Source of the DNA: Spizellomyces punctatus DAOM BR117
Lineage: Eukaryota
Strand: one strand, 5' to 3'
Assembly: GCA_000182565.2 (NCBI GenBank)
Contig: KQ257450.1
Length of the DNA stretch: 64,000 bases
The notes under the pieces were generated by a model. The model saw nothing but the letters and a program-made list of their open reading frames with translations. It was not told where the DNA came from and made no database searches. Of the stretch, positions 44,988-58,676 are shown in pieces (the first letter of the stretch is position 1; each line of letters begins with the position of its first letter). A program made the translations under genes and the position numbers.

Positions 44988-46400
44988 GGAAATCAAGAGG
45001 TGACGAACATTAGCAAATTCGGTGTGGACACGACGTGCAAATATATAAATAAAATGTACCCATCCAGCACAACAGAATCATTTGGTGGTCATAATAATAT
45101 CGGCTTTAGCCGGCCCCTAATAATAATCAAATTTCTATTTTTCCTGTTTTTGAGCGCAAGTTAAACACACACATGTGCTCATTTGACGAAAAAGGGCTGG
45201 TTTATAGCATGGAAAGATGATGTCCCGCCAGTGTCTCTGACATATCCCCTGTGGGCGCCCTACACCTTTTCTGTGAGGGGACTTTGCAAATGATCTCCTC
45301 GGATACCTTTTTTACTCATAGGGAGGTACGCACAGGAGCTCTTTAATTTCGATATTTGGCAATCGCTTTGTTTAGTGAACTTGATTGTGTGTTGTTTAAT
45401 ATAAAAGTAATATCTGGGTCTATGTGTCAAAACTCTACCAAGGATTGTTCAAAAACATGTCCACAAGATCAAAAACCTCCTTGTCCAAATGACGACATTT
45501 GGGCTAAGAGATCAAGAAAGTTGTTCTGAAGTGACCGCGTCCCTCTGGCGTCCATGGATGGCCACCGACTGTCCATCATCCCCCGTTTTTCCTTGGTTAG
45601 CGCGGGATGTGTGTAATGGACGTTTATATAAAAAAGACCCGTGGAAGTATTTGTCGTACCCTGATTGCCCCCCGTATTTTCAAACCCAGGGTTTTTGGAT
45701 TTGCTCAACCCGTGGCAAGTGTTTACGCTGTTACTCCCGCGGATCTACTCGAGGGCTGTTACGCAGTGGACCGGCAGCTTCTGAATGCGGCGTAACTAAC
45801 CAAATGAACATTTACGAGCCTCTCTGAAGTGATACTTTTACAGCGTCGTTTCCCAAGGAGGACGAAACAATAGTGTGACCAAGAGTCATATACACTTGCC
45901 AGTCTTGCCAGAATGATGTCAGCTGCCACAACATCGATAATATTTACCAATGTGCTTGAATAGTATCTGTTCAGTAAACACATTGTTGCTGCCTAGTAGC
46001 TTCTTGTATGAGTAGCCTGTCCATTTGAATTAAGGAAACATTCCGAAATTTTCACTTTTATTTATTAGAGAGACATCAGAACAGATACCAACAATATAAA
46101 AATAAAATGGCCAAAGTATCAGCCAATGTTCGTCTTTTGGGGTTACATTCTCAGAGGCGCAAAAAGCCCAGAGCTACAAACAAAAAGACATTCGATTTCC
46201 GATGCCCGTCAGTTGTCTTTCTGACCACTGCCTACTTTCATGCACTCTTGAATCCCATGCGACTGTGATAAACGCAAGGCATGTACGGTTTCAAATAGGC
46301 TTAAGTCAAATATCTCATGTCAAATACAGTGAAAATGCACTAAATATAATGGCAAGTCCCACTTTCAAAAGGCATTGCCTCAGCGATAACGTCGCACAAT

Positions 46401-47600
46401 TCAAGGATTTCTCGATTCTCCCAAAACCAGCCAAAACGCCCAATCCAGCACTCGATCTGGTACCCACGCACGCATGAACGCAGCACACCGCGCATCGTAC
46501 CCAACCAAATATCGTGTTTTCGGGTACCGATCTTTAATAGCGTGCAGGATGGCTCGGGTAGTGTGCCTGGGCGAGATGAGGCCCTGACGGGTTTCAATCG
46601 TGAGAGATTTGAGGGAGGTGACGAGAGGACTGTAGAGGTGTTCAGAGGGAGATGGAAGTTGGGACTGGTTGCTGCATTCTGACCAGAGTTTGGTGTCCAC
46701 CGCTCCTGCGACGCAAGAACACAATCAACATGATTGTCAGCATGGCAATCAGCACACTATATCCTACCAGGCTCGATGACAGAGACAGACAATCCCCACC
46801 TCTGCATCTCTACCCTCAAACTATCCGATAAAGCCTCCAATGCCATCTTGCTAGCAGCGTAACCGCCATTTAATGGACATGCCATAAACCCAGCCGCAGA
46901 ACTCACGTTGATGACTCGTCCACCACTTTCACGCAAAAGGGGTATAAATTCTTGACATACTCGTACCGGACCAATGACATTGACCTCTAGGCATTGTCGC
47001 ATTTGGGAAGAGGATATCGTTTCTATGGGTGAAGCGCAGGGTATGCCAGCACAATTAACTATGGCTACCAGCGGTTGCAAGGAGCTATGCTGGGAGAGTT
47101 CGGCTCGGACCAGTTCACCAGCCCGGTTGACATGCGTCGGATTTGTCACATCCAGCAAAATGGGCACAATATTCTTGGAAACGGGAGACGAAAGTTGCTC
47201 TTGAAGACGCTTTCCATCCTCCAGATTACGTACACCTGCAAACACCGTGTACCCTTCCTCTGCCAGTGTTTTAGCAGCATGGGCCCCAATACCCGATCCC
47301 GCACCTGTGATCACTACCGAACCGACGTTATAGACTTTGTACCCAACTTGGAATCCAAGTCCCTTTTCCAAACCCCACATCCACATTGCGTTCCACGACC
47401 TGTCCGCCCAGTCCATCCCGGCGATGAGATCCCACGTCATCCATTTCGAGGGAGAGCGGACCAGCGCCCATTCCGAGGAAACAAGGTACCCGCGAACAGA
47501 AGGCATAACAATGTTCAAGAACAAATAGACAACTGAAATTGTCTGCAATGTCGTGTCACCCCTTGGGGTGTAGGAGGATACGAACGCGTGCTAGAACACA
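46401..47600 (-). CDS. Short-chain dehydrogenase/reductase (17-beta-HSD/RDH-like), multi-exon
   Basis: TGAGSGIG, VNCAG, NVSS, YAASK, VIEPG, PKTRYLVG; start approximate. Confidence 0.9.
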
Positions 47601-48499
47601 CGGCTCCACAACGCGTGGAAATGTCGAGTAAGGGCAACGCCGCAATGAAGCTACGTTCTGCACGACACATTGAACGCTTTGGGCCGTCGCTATTGCTCAG
47701 AACTTCTGGTAGGAAAGCATCCGCAGAGACAGCACGGTTGTCTCAAACCAGCCGTGATCCAGCCTGTTGGCTGAATGGTTATTCGCAGCGATTGGCTTCA
47801 GGAGCCGAACCTACTGGTGAGCTGGGTAGGTTGAACCTGCAAGTTTCTACCATCATGATCAAAACAGTGTTTCCCTTGAGAATGGTTTCTTGTTTTTTGT
47901 CCATGCTGGGTTATCAACCTGGTGTTTTCACTTGAATCTCGGGAAGGCCCAGGCCATCGACCATGGTGAGCCTTCTTACATACCAATCCCTTTTGGATGC
48001 ATCAATTAGATGATAAGTGTCCTGGGAAAACCAGGGACTATTTCAAACGCAAAAATATAAGCAAGTATTTATGATAGCTCTAATTGAGTTCCATGAAGTG
48101 AGTTATTCCTTGTTATATAGCATCAGAATATAACTACGAAGGGTTGGAGGACAGCTGCTAAAAGGAGGAAGGCAACGAAACACTCACCGTGTAGCGTGCT
48201 GGACAAGCTCAGGAACCTTTACAGCAAGGAGAATTTCCTGCCTGAACTATAGGTCATGCACTCCATCCTTCCCTTCAAAAGACCACCTGTCAGGAGCCTC
48301 TTCAGCCATTGGACATGCGGCACATTGAGAGATGTACGTAGGAAAATAAACGTTAAGGCTTGCAAAAGTGAATTGATCTCACATCCGGAGGACGGCAAAC
48401 GTATGATTGTTTATTAAACAGTAAAAAGAACCAGAGTAAACACAACGCACAAATGAAAGAAACACTACATGACGTCCTCTGAACCCAATTGCCTAATTG

Positions 48500-51222
48500 T
48501 TATTGATGCACCAATCCAAGCTCCTTAAGCGCTTGGATGCGCTCTCTGGCATGAGGACTTCCGCGCAATTCAGCCTACAACAAATGCAGACAATATCAGT
48601 ATATGTAAACGGAAGAAAAACGCTTTTGGTTGCGCGATAGGTAGCTCACCTCCTCATATAAGCGAAGAGCCTTTTCTACATCCCGTCCAACACCAACACC
48701 GGCCTCGAACAATGCTGCCAAATTAAAAGTTGCTCTTGCATGTCCCTGGCGCATTGCGCGCCGGTACCATTTTGCGGCAGTGGCATGATCCGGACCGCTC
48801 TCTGCGGTTCCGAGACCAAGTTCTACCATTTCTCCGAGCATATTTTGAGCCTCTGGGTTGCCCTCGTGTGTGCTTGTTGCGGCGATGGTTAAGTAGTGAA
48901 CGGCCTTAGTGTAGCTTTGAAGTGGGGGTGGGGCGGTAGTTAAGAGGTTGGCGAGGCGAAGTTGAGCTTTAATGGAGTTCTTTGGAACGGAAAAGCAAAG
49001 CGGTTAGTCAGTCAATGGAGCGCAGTGACCATCCGGCACTGGGCGTCTCTCACTTTATCAGCCGCCTCCTTGTAGTATCGAGAAGCCATCTCCCAGTCTG
49101 GGTTGAGCACAGCCCCTTCACCGTCTCGGCATCCTGTCTCATACAGTATTCCCAGGTTGTAGGCAGCATCAACACTATGTAGAGAACCGGCAGTGAGCCT
49201 TGAGTTTTGCTGATGAAAGAGCTGCATGGTCATACTACCTTCCCAATGATAACGCTAAATGGAATAATCGTATGGCCTCCATGAAATTGTTCTTTCGGTA
49301 TTACCACGCAAGGCGAAGTCTTCGTCAGTTTGGCGCTTCAAACGTCTCTGATGAATCATCTAAACTCACCTCGGTCATGCACAGATAACCTAGATTGTTT
49401 ACTCCGCTTGGATGTCGAGCTTCCGCCGCTAGCTTGTATAGTGTCTTTGCCATTACCACATCCTTTGCAACCCCAAGTCCCTCCTCATAACATATACCCA
49501 AATTATTGTGTGCATTTGGATCCCCGCATTCTGCGGCACGCCGATACCACACCACCGCTTCCCCGTAGTCTTTCGCTACCCCAATACCCCGGTAATAGGC
49601 GCTTCCAAGGGCATTTTGTGCACGAGGACAATCCTGCTCTGCTGCGACTCGATACCATCTCACAGCCTCCGCCGCGTTTTTGGTACATCCCGACCCTGTT
49701 TCGAGAAGATTTCCTAGCGAACACATGGCGTCCAAGTGCCCTGCCTCAGCCGCAAGGAGATATAGCTCATAGGCGGTTTTCGGGTCTGTTGGGACACCTT
49801 TTCCGGTCTCGTGGATGCGGGCCATGTTGGCAAGGGATTCTGGGTGAGCCTTATTGGCGGATTGTTGATACCATTTAATGGCTGCAGCCATATCCTTTGG
49901 TCGCCCCAGCCCGTGCTCAAACATCAGTCCGAGCATGTTGATCGCTTCTGGTAGACCAAATTTTGCTGCAGCCTGTGTTCAAAGTCGCTGATGATTAGCA
50001 AGCGGCCCTTGTAATTTAATCTGAGAGAGGCTGATTTCCAGCTACATACCATATACCGCTTAAAAGCGATATCGTATGATCTTAGCACACCAAATCCTAA
50101 AAGGTACTTGTCGCCTTGCAAGAACAGCTTTTGTGCGTCATCAATTGTCAGATCTGTCATTGTAATTGAACGAAAAATGAACACTCCATGAGATGCTGAC
50201 AGTTGGAATGATGCATACGCTACCTTGCCAATCCGGTGCACCCGTCGCAACAGCCAGCTTTGCCACATTCCCCGTTGCGCTTGATGCGGCGTCGGAGCTG
50301 TTTTGTGCGATAGACAGTGTCAATTGTATCATCTATAGGACGGGAGAGTATTAATGTCATTGACATGAGCTTCCGGTCTGCGGATCCGTAAGGGGACGAA
50401 CCTACCAAATCCCTCCAAGCTTCACACATGTCTATATAAAGGAGGAACAGTTTCCGCTTTTTCGTCCCTGGTAGTGGCAGCGTATGTGTTTTGTAGTAGT
50501 GCAGCTGGTACGTGAGGGCACACACAGATTTGTGCAGAGTGGTGAGGGACTGGGTTAGAGGTATTGTGTTCGGCGTGACAGGAGTGAGAGGCTTTGTAGT
50601 TGTTGCTGTACTCGGGGAAGCTAGTGATGGCGCTTTGGACGTCCGAATGTGTTGGATGAGATCTGCCTTACGGGCCATAAAGGCATCCTGGAGTTCACAA
50701 TTAGTAAGGTGTTGCCAATGTGAGCGACAAGCTGCGACTTACGGCAATGTCTTGAACCACCCGGCCTAACTTTCCTGCTTCGCTGATTCGTTTCCCCGCA
50801 GCATGCGCTGCAACAGTGCAATCAAGTAGCCGTTCTTGAACATCCTCCACGCTCACGAGTGTCGGATGCGGATCTGTCGGGACAGGTGGTAGAGGCAGCG
50901 GAGATCGGTATGATTCCTATATTCAGTTTCAATATATAAGAACAGTTGTTTTGAACCCCAGCACTTTGAAGAACCAAAGGTACCAAACCTCCACAACTGT
51001 CATCTTGACAAGGTCCTCATGACTTTTGACCACATCCCGCGCTAGTTTATCCTCAGTTTTCGTACCCTTTTGTTTGGGTACCACGTCTCTAAACCGTTTC
51101 GTCGCCGTATCCAAGGACAATGTAGGCTTTTTCTTTCTCCCAACCTCTCTTATGGGAGGGGTCAACTTGGGCTCACTTTTGAATGTGCGCGGTATTTGTC
51201 TAGGACCTTGTACCGACATGAT
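48500..51222 (-). CDS. Sel1-like repeat protein (multi-exon; 5' extent uncertain)
   Basis: Multiple AQNALG..Y..G.GV.KD...A..WY..AA repeats between 48500 and 50160. Upstream exons at 50350-51222 probably belong to the same gene. Confidence 0.8.
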
Positions 51223-52182
51223 GGACGCCTGTTTTTAAACTTTTTGCGCAACAAGAGTTGGCACGATCTGTAGCAAGCTTGATGCAATTCAATGGTCCAA
51301 GTATAGCCCTATAACCACAGTTTCTGAAAAATCGAAATCTCAATATGCATTTAGAGCCAGATTGATTATTGGACTACTATTTTTAGGTCACACCAGTTTG
51401 GCCCGGCCAGCACATTTCGCTGAACACATGAATCTTTTTGGTAGGATAATTCCTTTGGCAAACTTAAGTTTGAGCTTTTGGATACTTGCCGGTTATACAG
51501 TGCTTTTTTAACCCGCGAATTGTCAATCGACAAAGATTAAACTACAGCAGCGGGGATTTCTAAAGTCGAAAGCAAAATGCACAATCCCATGCAAGAACGA
51601 TCACCCAATTTTGACCGGACATTGTCCTGGTAGGTAACATTTGATGCACACATTATCCAGTTTGTACATTGTAGGTGGCATGTGCAAAGAGAGCAATGCT
51701 TATTGACCGCCGCGTACATGCCGCCAGTTCGATACCTGTGATGCCAGATCAGAACGTTTATTCAGCTCATGTCACCTCATCCAATGCCTCTGCGTGAATA
51801 TATCCCAAGATACATTATTGGACCATCTCGTTCTTGATTGCTTCAATGTGGCCGAGGAGGAGGAAGAAAGTGTTATGCCCAGATGCGCTGCGGACGTAAG
51901 CTCCGATTAGCTTGATCTCATTGGTTCAATTTCATGCTAGTGCCACTCACGTGGTATTTTTGTTTTTGCGCTGGTTTGTTTTCCAACTGCCCGATCTAGA
52001 CAGTGCCTTGCAAGGACGGGGGACGCTGAAAACGAACGAGGACAAACGACAACTGCCAAAGGAGGAATCCACTCGGTCCGAGACATCACCTTTCCCCAGC
52101 CCCCTCTGTACGTTCCCGAGACGGTGTAGACCCGTGCGTGCATCAACTTGGACCCCCGGAGACCCTATAAAACACCACCATA

Positions 52183-53922
52183 ATGGTGAGCTATACCGTA
52201 AATGCGGGAATGAACGGATATGGACGGTCCATACTAACAAGCTCTATATATAGCCTTTACTTCTACTTTATGAGACTTCCTCAGGCTATGCTCTGTTTGA
52301 GAGAATAGAGTCTGAGGAAATCGGCCAAGAGATGGAGGAAGTCCAACAAAGTGTCTTGGATCTCGCCCGCTTTAGCAAGATTGTAAAGTTGAAGTCTTTC
52401 CAGCCTTTCAAAAGCGCTGCCCATGCTTTGGAGAATATTATGGATGTCTCTGAAGGTAAAGAAATAGAATGCCTAAGACGTTTGTGACTAGAAGAGGAAT
52501 GACTGACCTGGTTTTCGTTCAGGAATCTGCAACCCATCCTTGAAAGCCTTCCTCGAGCTCAACCTTCCCAAATCTGGCAAAAAGCAAAAGGTCCAACTCG
52601 GTGTCTCGGAGAGCAACTTGGGAGGAAGCATAAAGGCCGAACTTGGGTGCGACTGCATTCACAATGAGACTGTTCGTGAGCTCCTCCGTGGCATCCGTCT
52701 GCACGCCGAACGGTTAATGGGCCAACTGCGCGAAGGTGACTTGGACAAGGCCCAGCTTGGTCTCGGTCATGCCTACTCCCGTGCCAAAGTGAAGTTCAAC
52801 GTCAACCGTGCCGACAACATGATCATTCAATCTATCAACTTGTTGGACCAATTGGACAAGGATGTAAACACATTTTCCATGAGAGTGAGGGAATGGTACG
52901 GATGGCACTTCCCCGAATTGGTCAAGATTGTGAATGACAATGCAATGTACGCCAAACTCGTCAAGTTTATCAAAAACAAGGGAGACTTGGGTGAAGACAA
53001 ATCGGAAGATTTGGAAGAGATCCTCGGAGACCCCATCAAGACAAAGATGGTTTTGGATGCAGCAAGGGCATCGATGGGAACAGACATTTCTGAAGTTGAC
53101 ATGGCCAACATTGAAAGCTTTGCTGACCGAGTTATCGCTCTGACCGACTATCGCAAAAGACTTCACGAATACCTTGTTTCCAAAATGCACCTAGTAGCAC
53201 CTAATCTCTCTGCACTCATTGGCGAAATGGTTGGCGCCCGTCTCATCGCTCACGCTGGAAGTCTGACAAACCTATCAAAGTTACCCGCCTCAACCGTTCA
53301 AATTCTTGGCGCCGAAAAGGCTCTCTTCAGAGCCCTAAAGACCAAGGGCAACACACCCAAATATGGTCTGATCTTCCACTCGTCCTTCATCGGTCGCGCT
53401 GCACAAAAGAACAAGGGTCGGATTTCCCGTGTGCTGGCCAACAAGTGCTCGATCGCTTGTCGTATCGATTGTTTCTTGGACACACCAACGAGCAAATTTG
53501 GCGAGTTGTTGCGCGAACAGGTCGAAGAGCGGCTCAGATTCTACGAAGAGGGTGTGACACCCCGTAAGAATGCAGAGGTGATGCAAAAGGCATTGGCGGA
53601 GGTTGGTATGGCTGATTTAATGGACGTGGATGCCGCTGAAGGTACTGTATCGCGATCGTTCTGTTGTCACTCTATAAAGTCATGCTCATCTTTGTTGTTC
53701 TTTACAGAATCAGAAGAAGAAGCTGAAGCTGAACCCGAAACACCCAAGAAGCGCAAGTCAGACGATTCCGAGGAAACACCAAAAAAGAAGGAGAAAAAGG
53801 ATAAGAAGGACAAAAAGAAGGACAAGAAGGCAAAGAAGGCAGAGGCGACAAGTGATGCAGAGGCACAAACACCATCGTCTGAGAAAAAGAAAAAGAAGAA
53901 GAGTAAGAAGGAGAAGAGCTGA
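52183..53922 (+). CDS. NOP56: Box C/D snoRNP protein Nop56 (multi-exon)
   Basis: [74 protein letters not shown], and a KKE/D tail. Confidence 0.95.
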
Positions 53923-54115
53923 AGCGCTCTTTTGGATATGGGGGGGATAGGAAACTCTAGCACGTAGGATTAGATGTGATGGTATTGTAGAAGCGGCGGA
54001 TCCCTTCGTTCTTTTCACTTTTTGTGTTTTTGTTTGTCTCGTGTATATATATCACAATTTTTATTTTAGCCTCACATTGAAAAAAATAACATGTCCCACT
54101 GCCCAGTTGTCACCT

Positions 54116-57100
54116 TCACTCCGCATCCGGGTCGTCCCTAACCCACACCCTGAAGCCAACCCTCTTACTTACAACCAAACTATATCCATTATCCCAAACA
54201 AAAGTATATACCCCAGGACGATCGGTCACATTTAGTTTTCCGCGTATAACACCTTTCTGTTTGGTAGGTGTCACAACATAGGTCGCCCTGGCCTGTCTGG
54301 CATATCCTTGTGGTACTGAGGTGGGACGAGACGGTGGTGGCGAATGCGCTCCCTTGGATCCGACCACGGCAGCAAGCCGCGACGAAATGGATGGACGAGA
54401 AAGGGATTGTCCATTTTGCAAAGTACGGGGTGGTGCGACATCTTCCGACACAGCGTCAACACTCTCGCTTGTACTCTCAGTCAGCTTATTAGAGATACTC
54501 TCCACTAAAACTTCCCGAGTACCCGATCCAGCCAGCTCTTCCAACACACCTCCAACATTTGTCGGATCTCCTCCTGACGCTGCCACAGAGATCACAGCTG
54601 CAGCGTCGGCAACATCGGAGAGAGAGGTTGCGGATTGGTCTTTTGTAGAGCTGTCAGATTCGTGAGACTCTGAGGAGGGGGGCCGTGCTGGGATCTCCTC
54701 CTCTGTACTTGGTAGCTTTGGTCGTGGGGGTATCGGAGGTGGTGGCGTAGGTGTCAAGTCATTGGCTCCGTGCTCAACCTCTGAATCATCACCTTTCGGG
54801 TCATTGGCCTCGAACTCCTCATACAAAACACCAAATAAAATATCAAATCCGCCAGTGGTGAACTCCCAACAGAGTTCTCTGCCTTGTCCACTATTCCCTG
54901 AAACAACTACCGGATATCTCCCCGCATTTTTTCTCGCCACAGTCACATCTGCACAAATCCCAACATCGCCCTCCAAAATTGTATCTGCTCTGTATTTGAG
55001 GTGCTTGGAGACTTTCTGTATATTCTGGAAGAGTAATATAAAGGTTCCAGACGGGAAATTCGAGAGGGGTATCACACCCCATGTCGCGCTGGTGAGGTGG
55101 ACGGTTGTAGCTGGAAACAGTGTCTTTGTGGTTGACTCGGACGAGTTTGCGGGTAGATGGGGAAGAATGGACGCCACAGAGGGTGAGGAGAGCGTGTCGA
55201 TATCAGGGTCGGGGGTGAAGAGAAGTGTGAATGATATGGTCTGGGATTGGTCAAACGTGGGTCCATAGTCATACGCAAAATATGTAGACACATCAGGAGG
55301 GTATAGGGAGTTGATGAAAGGTATCTCGATGCGGACCAGTTCTTTAGATTGGACGTGACGCTCAACATAAGGGGTATCCAAGATCGGGGGGCCAGGGGGT
55401 TTGGGAATGAGAGGAGGAGGCGGTGGAAGCAAAGAAGATCGGGAGGGCGTCACACGTGCTGTAGAAACGCTTTCCGAATCTGAAGAAGCAACCTCTGCTA
55501 AATCAGACGTCGCCGCAGTCAATGAAAAGGAAATTCCGTCGTCATGAAGCGAGTTCTCAGAATAGGGCATTGAAGCAGCCGAGTCCTTACTCTCCTCCTT
55601 CGTATGACCTTTGACTCGTCCCTCGGAAGGATTTTCTGAATCATCATCGTCCATCCAATTTCCAGTACTCGCCTCGCCACCAAAATCCGCCAATTCAACA
55701 CTAGGCGCTCGAGCAGTAGCCGATAGTAGCTCATCAGAAGGTATTCCTGTAAGTTCTCCACTCTGCTGCCGTCCCAACCATCCAGACACCTTACGGGTCT
55801 TCATTAGATAGGTTGCAGTGGATCCCACAATATTCTTCAGTTTCTCCATCCGTCGCCCTTGGCCCTGCGAGTCCAACGACGATGCCGATGAGTCACTGAA
55901 GAAGCGCCGGCGGCGGATACTAGATGCATCCGAGGGACTGCGATGAAGGGTCGCAGATGTATTACGGTCCCGCGAAGCAGCCAAGCCAGTTAGAGATGCA
56001 AATTCTTCGATGAATGTTTTTAGCTTTTTGCAAAAGTCGAAGGAAACTTCTAGTCGCGCAAGATCCGGACTCAGCTGGGATAGTACGGTGACATGGCACG
56101 TATCAGACGGATATTGCGTATCTGGTGTGATGAGGTATCCGAAAAGATACACCGTGTTGTTGTTTTCCGATTTGCTGCTGGCAGGTGCTGGTACAGATAG
56201 CTTGCTCTTAGCTTTCCAGTTTCTCACCGGCGATTGATCAACATCGTCAAGGCTGCTACTATTTGAACGACTGTGAAGTTTCTGCTGGCCTTTGCCATCT
56301 CCACGTTGCGGGCTGCCAGCGGTGGCATCACTTTGCGGATCTCTTGTTTCATCACGACCCTTCTCCGGGGAACCCGTCAATGTCTTGGTATCGCCACCCT
56401 CAGCTTCATCAAGAGAAAATGCCTTGATGGAACGGAAAACTACCACAAAGGAATGCCTACCCAACTGCTCTGGGATAGGCGCGGATTCATTGCTTGAAGA
56501 CGTTGCCGTTTCCGAATCAGTATCCGCTGGCGCTCCCTCTAAGGGAGAGTGTATGTCCTGGTTGCGCGTTCTTTTCACCTCAAAAACAATGTAATCTCTT
56601 GCGCCTTGTTTGCCAAACTGATATGACGTCCGACGGACGCAACGTGCTTCGTCTAATATATTCATAGGAAGATCGGTATCAAATAGGTACAGGGTAAAAA
56701 TAGTAGAAAAAGAGATATGATAGAGTCGAAAAGTTATTCGACGATCAGAGGGAGAGTACCCAGGTCACCCACTAGAGAAAGTCGAAGCACGTACCAAACT
56801 GATGTACTATCTCCGACCCTACGTAACCCTCATCTATTTGCCGATTGTGTTCAGGGTTCGATAACACCGCAAAAACTCGGTCGGCATCGCAGTGGATTAC
56901 CATAGCCGCCCGAGTGATCTCAGCTACCTCTTCGTTGACCAGGATTCGCTTCTTTTGTACGTGTACGCCATTTCGGTTGCGAATGGTTTTCCACGCTGTT
57001 GATACCACAGATGGTATACTTGTCGGCTTCTCTGCAGGGACACTTCGCGCTTCTTGGAAATCGTTTTCAGACTCGGAGGCAATTACGCTGTCTACGGGGC

Positions 57101-58676
57101 CACCACTTCCGGTGACCTGGTTTTTCGCATTCGAGACAGATGATGGCGGGGGGATGTCGTCGCTGTCGGTATCCTTTGCCAGCTTCAAGAACCCTGTCAC
57201 AAGAGTGTCTTCCAGTTCCTTCACTTCACGAGTAGAAGGATGGAGAATTTTCGATGTTTGGAATGTCGTCTGGCCCAACACATCTCCAAAAAGAAACGGT
57301 AGATCTGACTTGCTGTTGCGTAAAAGAGGCGAGCGCGTTTCCCATAGGGTGGAGGCCTTGGATTGAGAATCGGCCTTACGTCCCGCGCTAGCAGCTTCTT
57401 TAGCTGCTCGTGAGCGAGCAAGGATATCCTAAATATGAAATCTGAGAACTTCATCATATCATGATCAAGCGACTGCTTCATTTTATACCTCCAATTTTGG
57501 CTCCATGAGAGGCATAAAGAAAGTTCTCCACGATGGTAGCACCCACAGTTCTAAGAACACTTTCCGTACGACACTTGAAAGGAGCTTGTTTACCATGCCG
57601 CGCAAGAGCTCATTATCGCCCACTGTGAGAGGCGAGTCTACACGAAATGATACCCCAGGATCCTCAACGAAAGCAACCCCAATCATATCTGGCCATTTAA
57701 TGGAGGGACATCGAATCCGCACCTTTCCCGCAAGCGCGCTGAGGTATACGCGGACAGGCAGTTCAATCCACCGNNNNNNNNNNNNNNNNNNNNNNNNNNN
57801 NNNNNNNNNNNNNNNNNNNNNNNNNNNNNNNNNNNNNNNNNNNNNNNNNNNNNNNNNNNNNNNNNNNNNNNNNNNNNNNNNNNNNNNNNNNNNNNNNNNN
57901 NNNNNNNNNNNNNNNNNNNNNNNNNNNNNNNNNNNNNNNNNNNNNNNNNNNNNNNNNNNNNNNNNNNNNNNNNNNNNNNNNNNNNNNNNNNNNNNNNNNN
58001 NNNNNNNNNNNNNNNNNNNNNNNNNNGCCCCACCCATGACTAGATTTCGTACCACGACGAGTTTCCCCTTCAGTTTAACATTAATCTTCTCTGTCCACTT
58101 AGCCTTTGCCTTCTTCTTGAACAGCTCGCTCCCTCTCAGCGCCAAGAAAAATCTGTGTGCAAGAACATTGATCCAGTGGCATTGCTCAGTTTCTGCCATT
58201 GCAATGGGTTCATTGTCTTGATCGAGGGGAGTCGATCCCGGTTTCTTTGACCGAGAGGGTCGTAGCAATGCATCGTTATCCCCAGGTGTCAAAGCTTGAC
58301 GCAAGAATTCCACAACGTTCTCCGGCCAGGGTTCGTGATGCTCTCGTGTCTGATGGTGTGCAGAGCTGCTGGTTGTTTTGTGTTTGCTCTCGAGCAGCTC
58401 ATCTTTGAGGATTTCATGGTCAGCCGCCGTTCCCGTCCCTTCAGGGCCGCCAGTCACACCAATAAACTCTTTGGCAAAGGAAGGGCGGTCACCAGCAGAC
58501 ACCTTGAAGAGACGACGGGATGGGTCGAGAAAGTGACTGACAAGGCGAAAAACGAGGAATGCTTCTATCGCCAAGACCGACAGAATGCCAAAGAAGAGGC
58601 CTTTTATAAACGAGGAAGTACCCGTTGATGTCGCATGCTGAACCGCCTCTTCTGAAAAGAAGCCTTGCAAGGTCAT
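54116..58676 (-). CDS. TM-SMP domain + START-like + GOLD-like lipid-transfer protein (multi-exon, spans a gap)
   Basis: N-terminal TM; SMP ETEQCHWINVLAHRFF...VFLELWVLPSW; START-like WKTIRNRNGVHVQKK...CDADRVFAVLSNPE; GOLD-like WEFTTGGFDILFGV and PGVYTFVWDNGYSLVVSK. Confidence 0.7.

Noticed and set aside
52540-53922. NOP58 assignment
   Set aside because: [16 protein letters not shown] and [13 protein letters not shown] are Nop56-type signatures.
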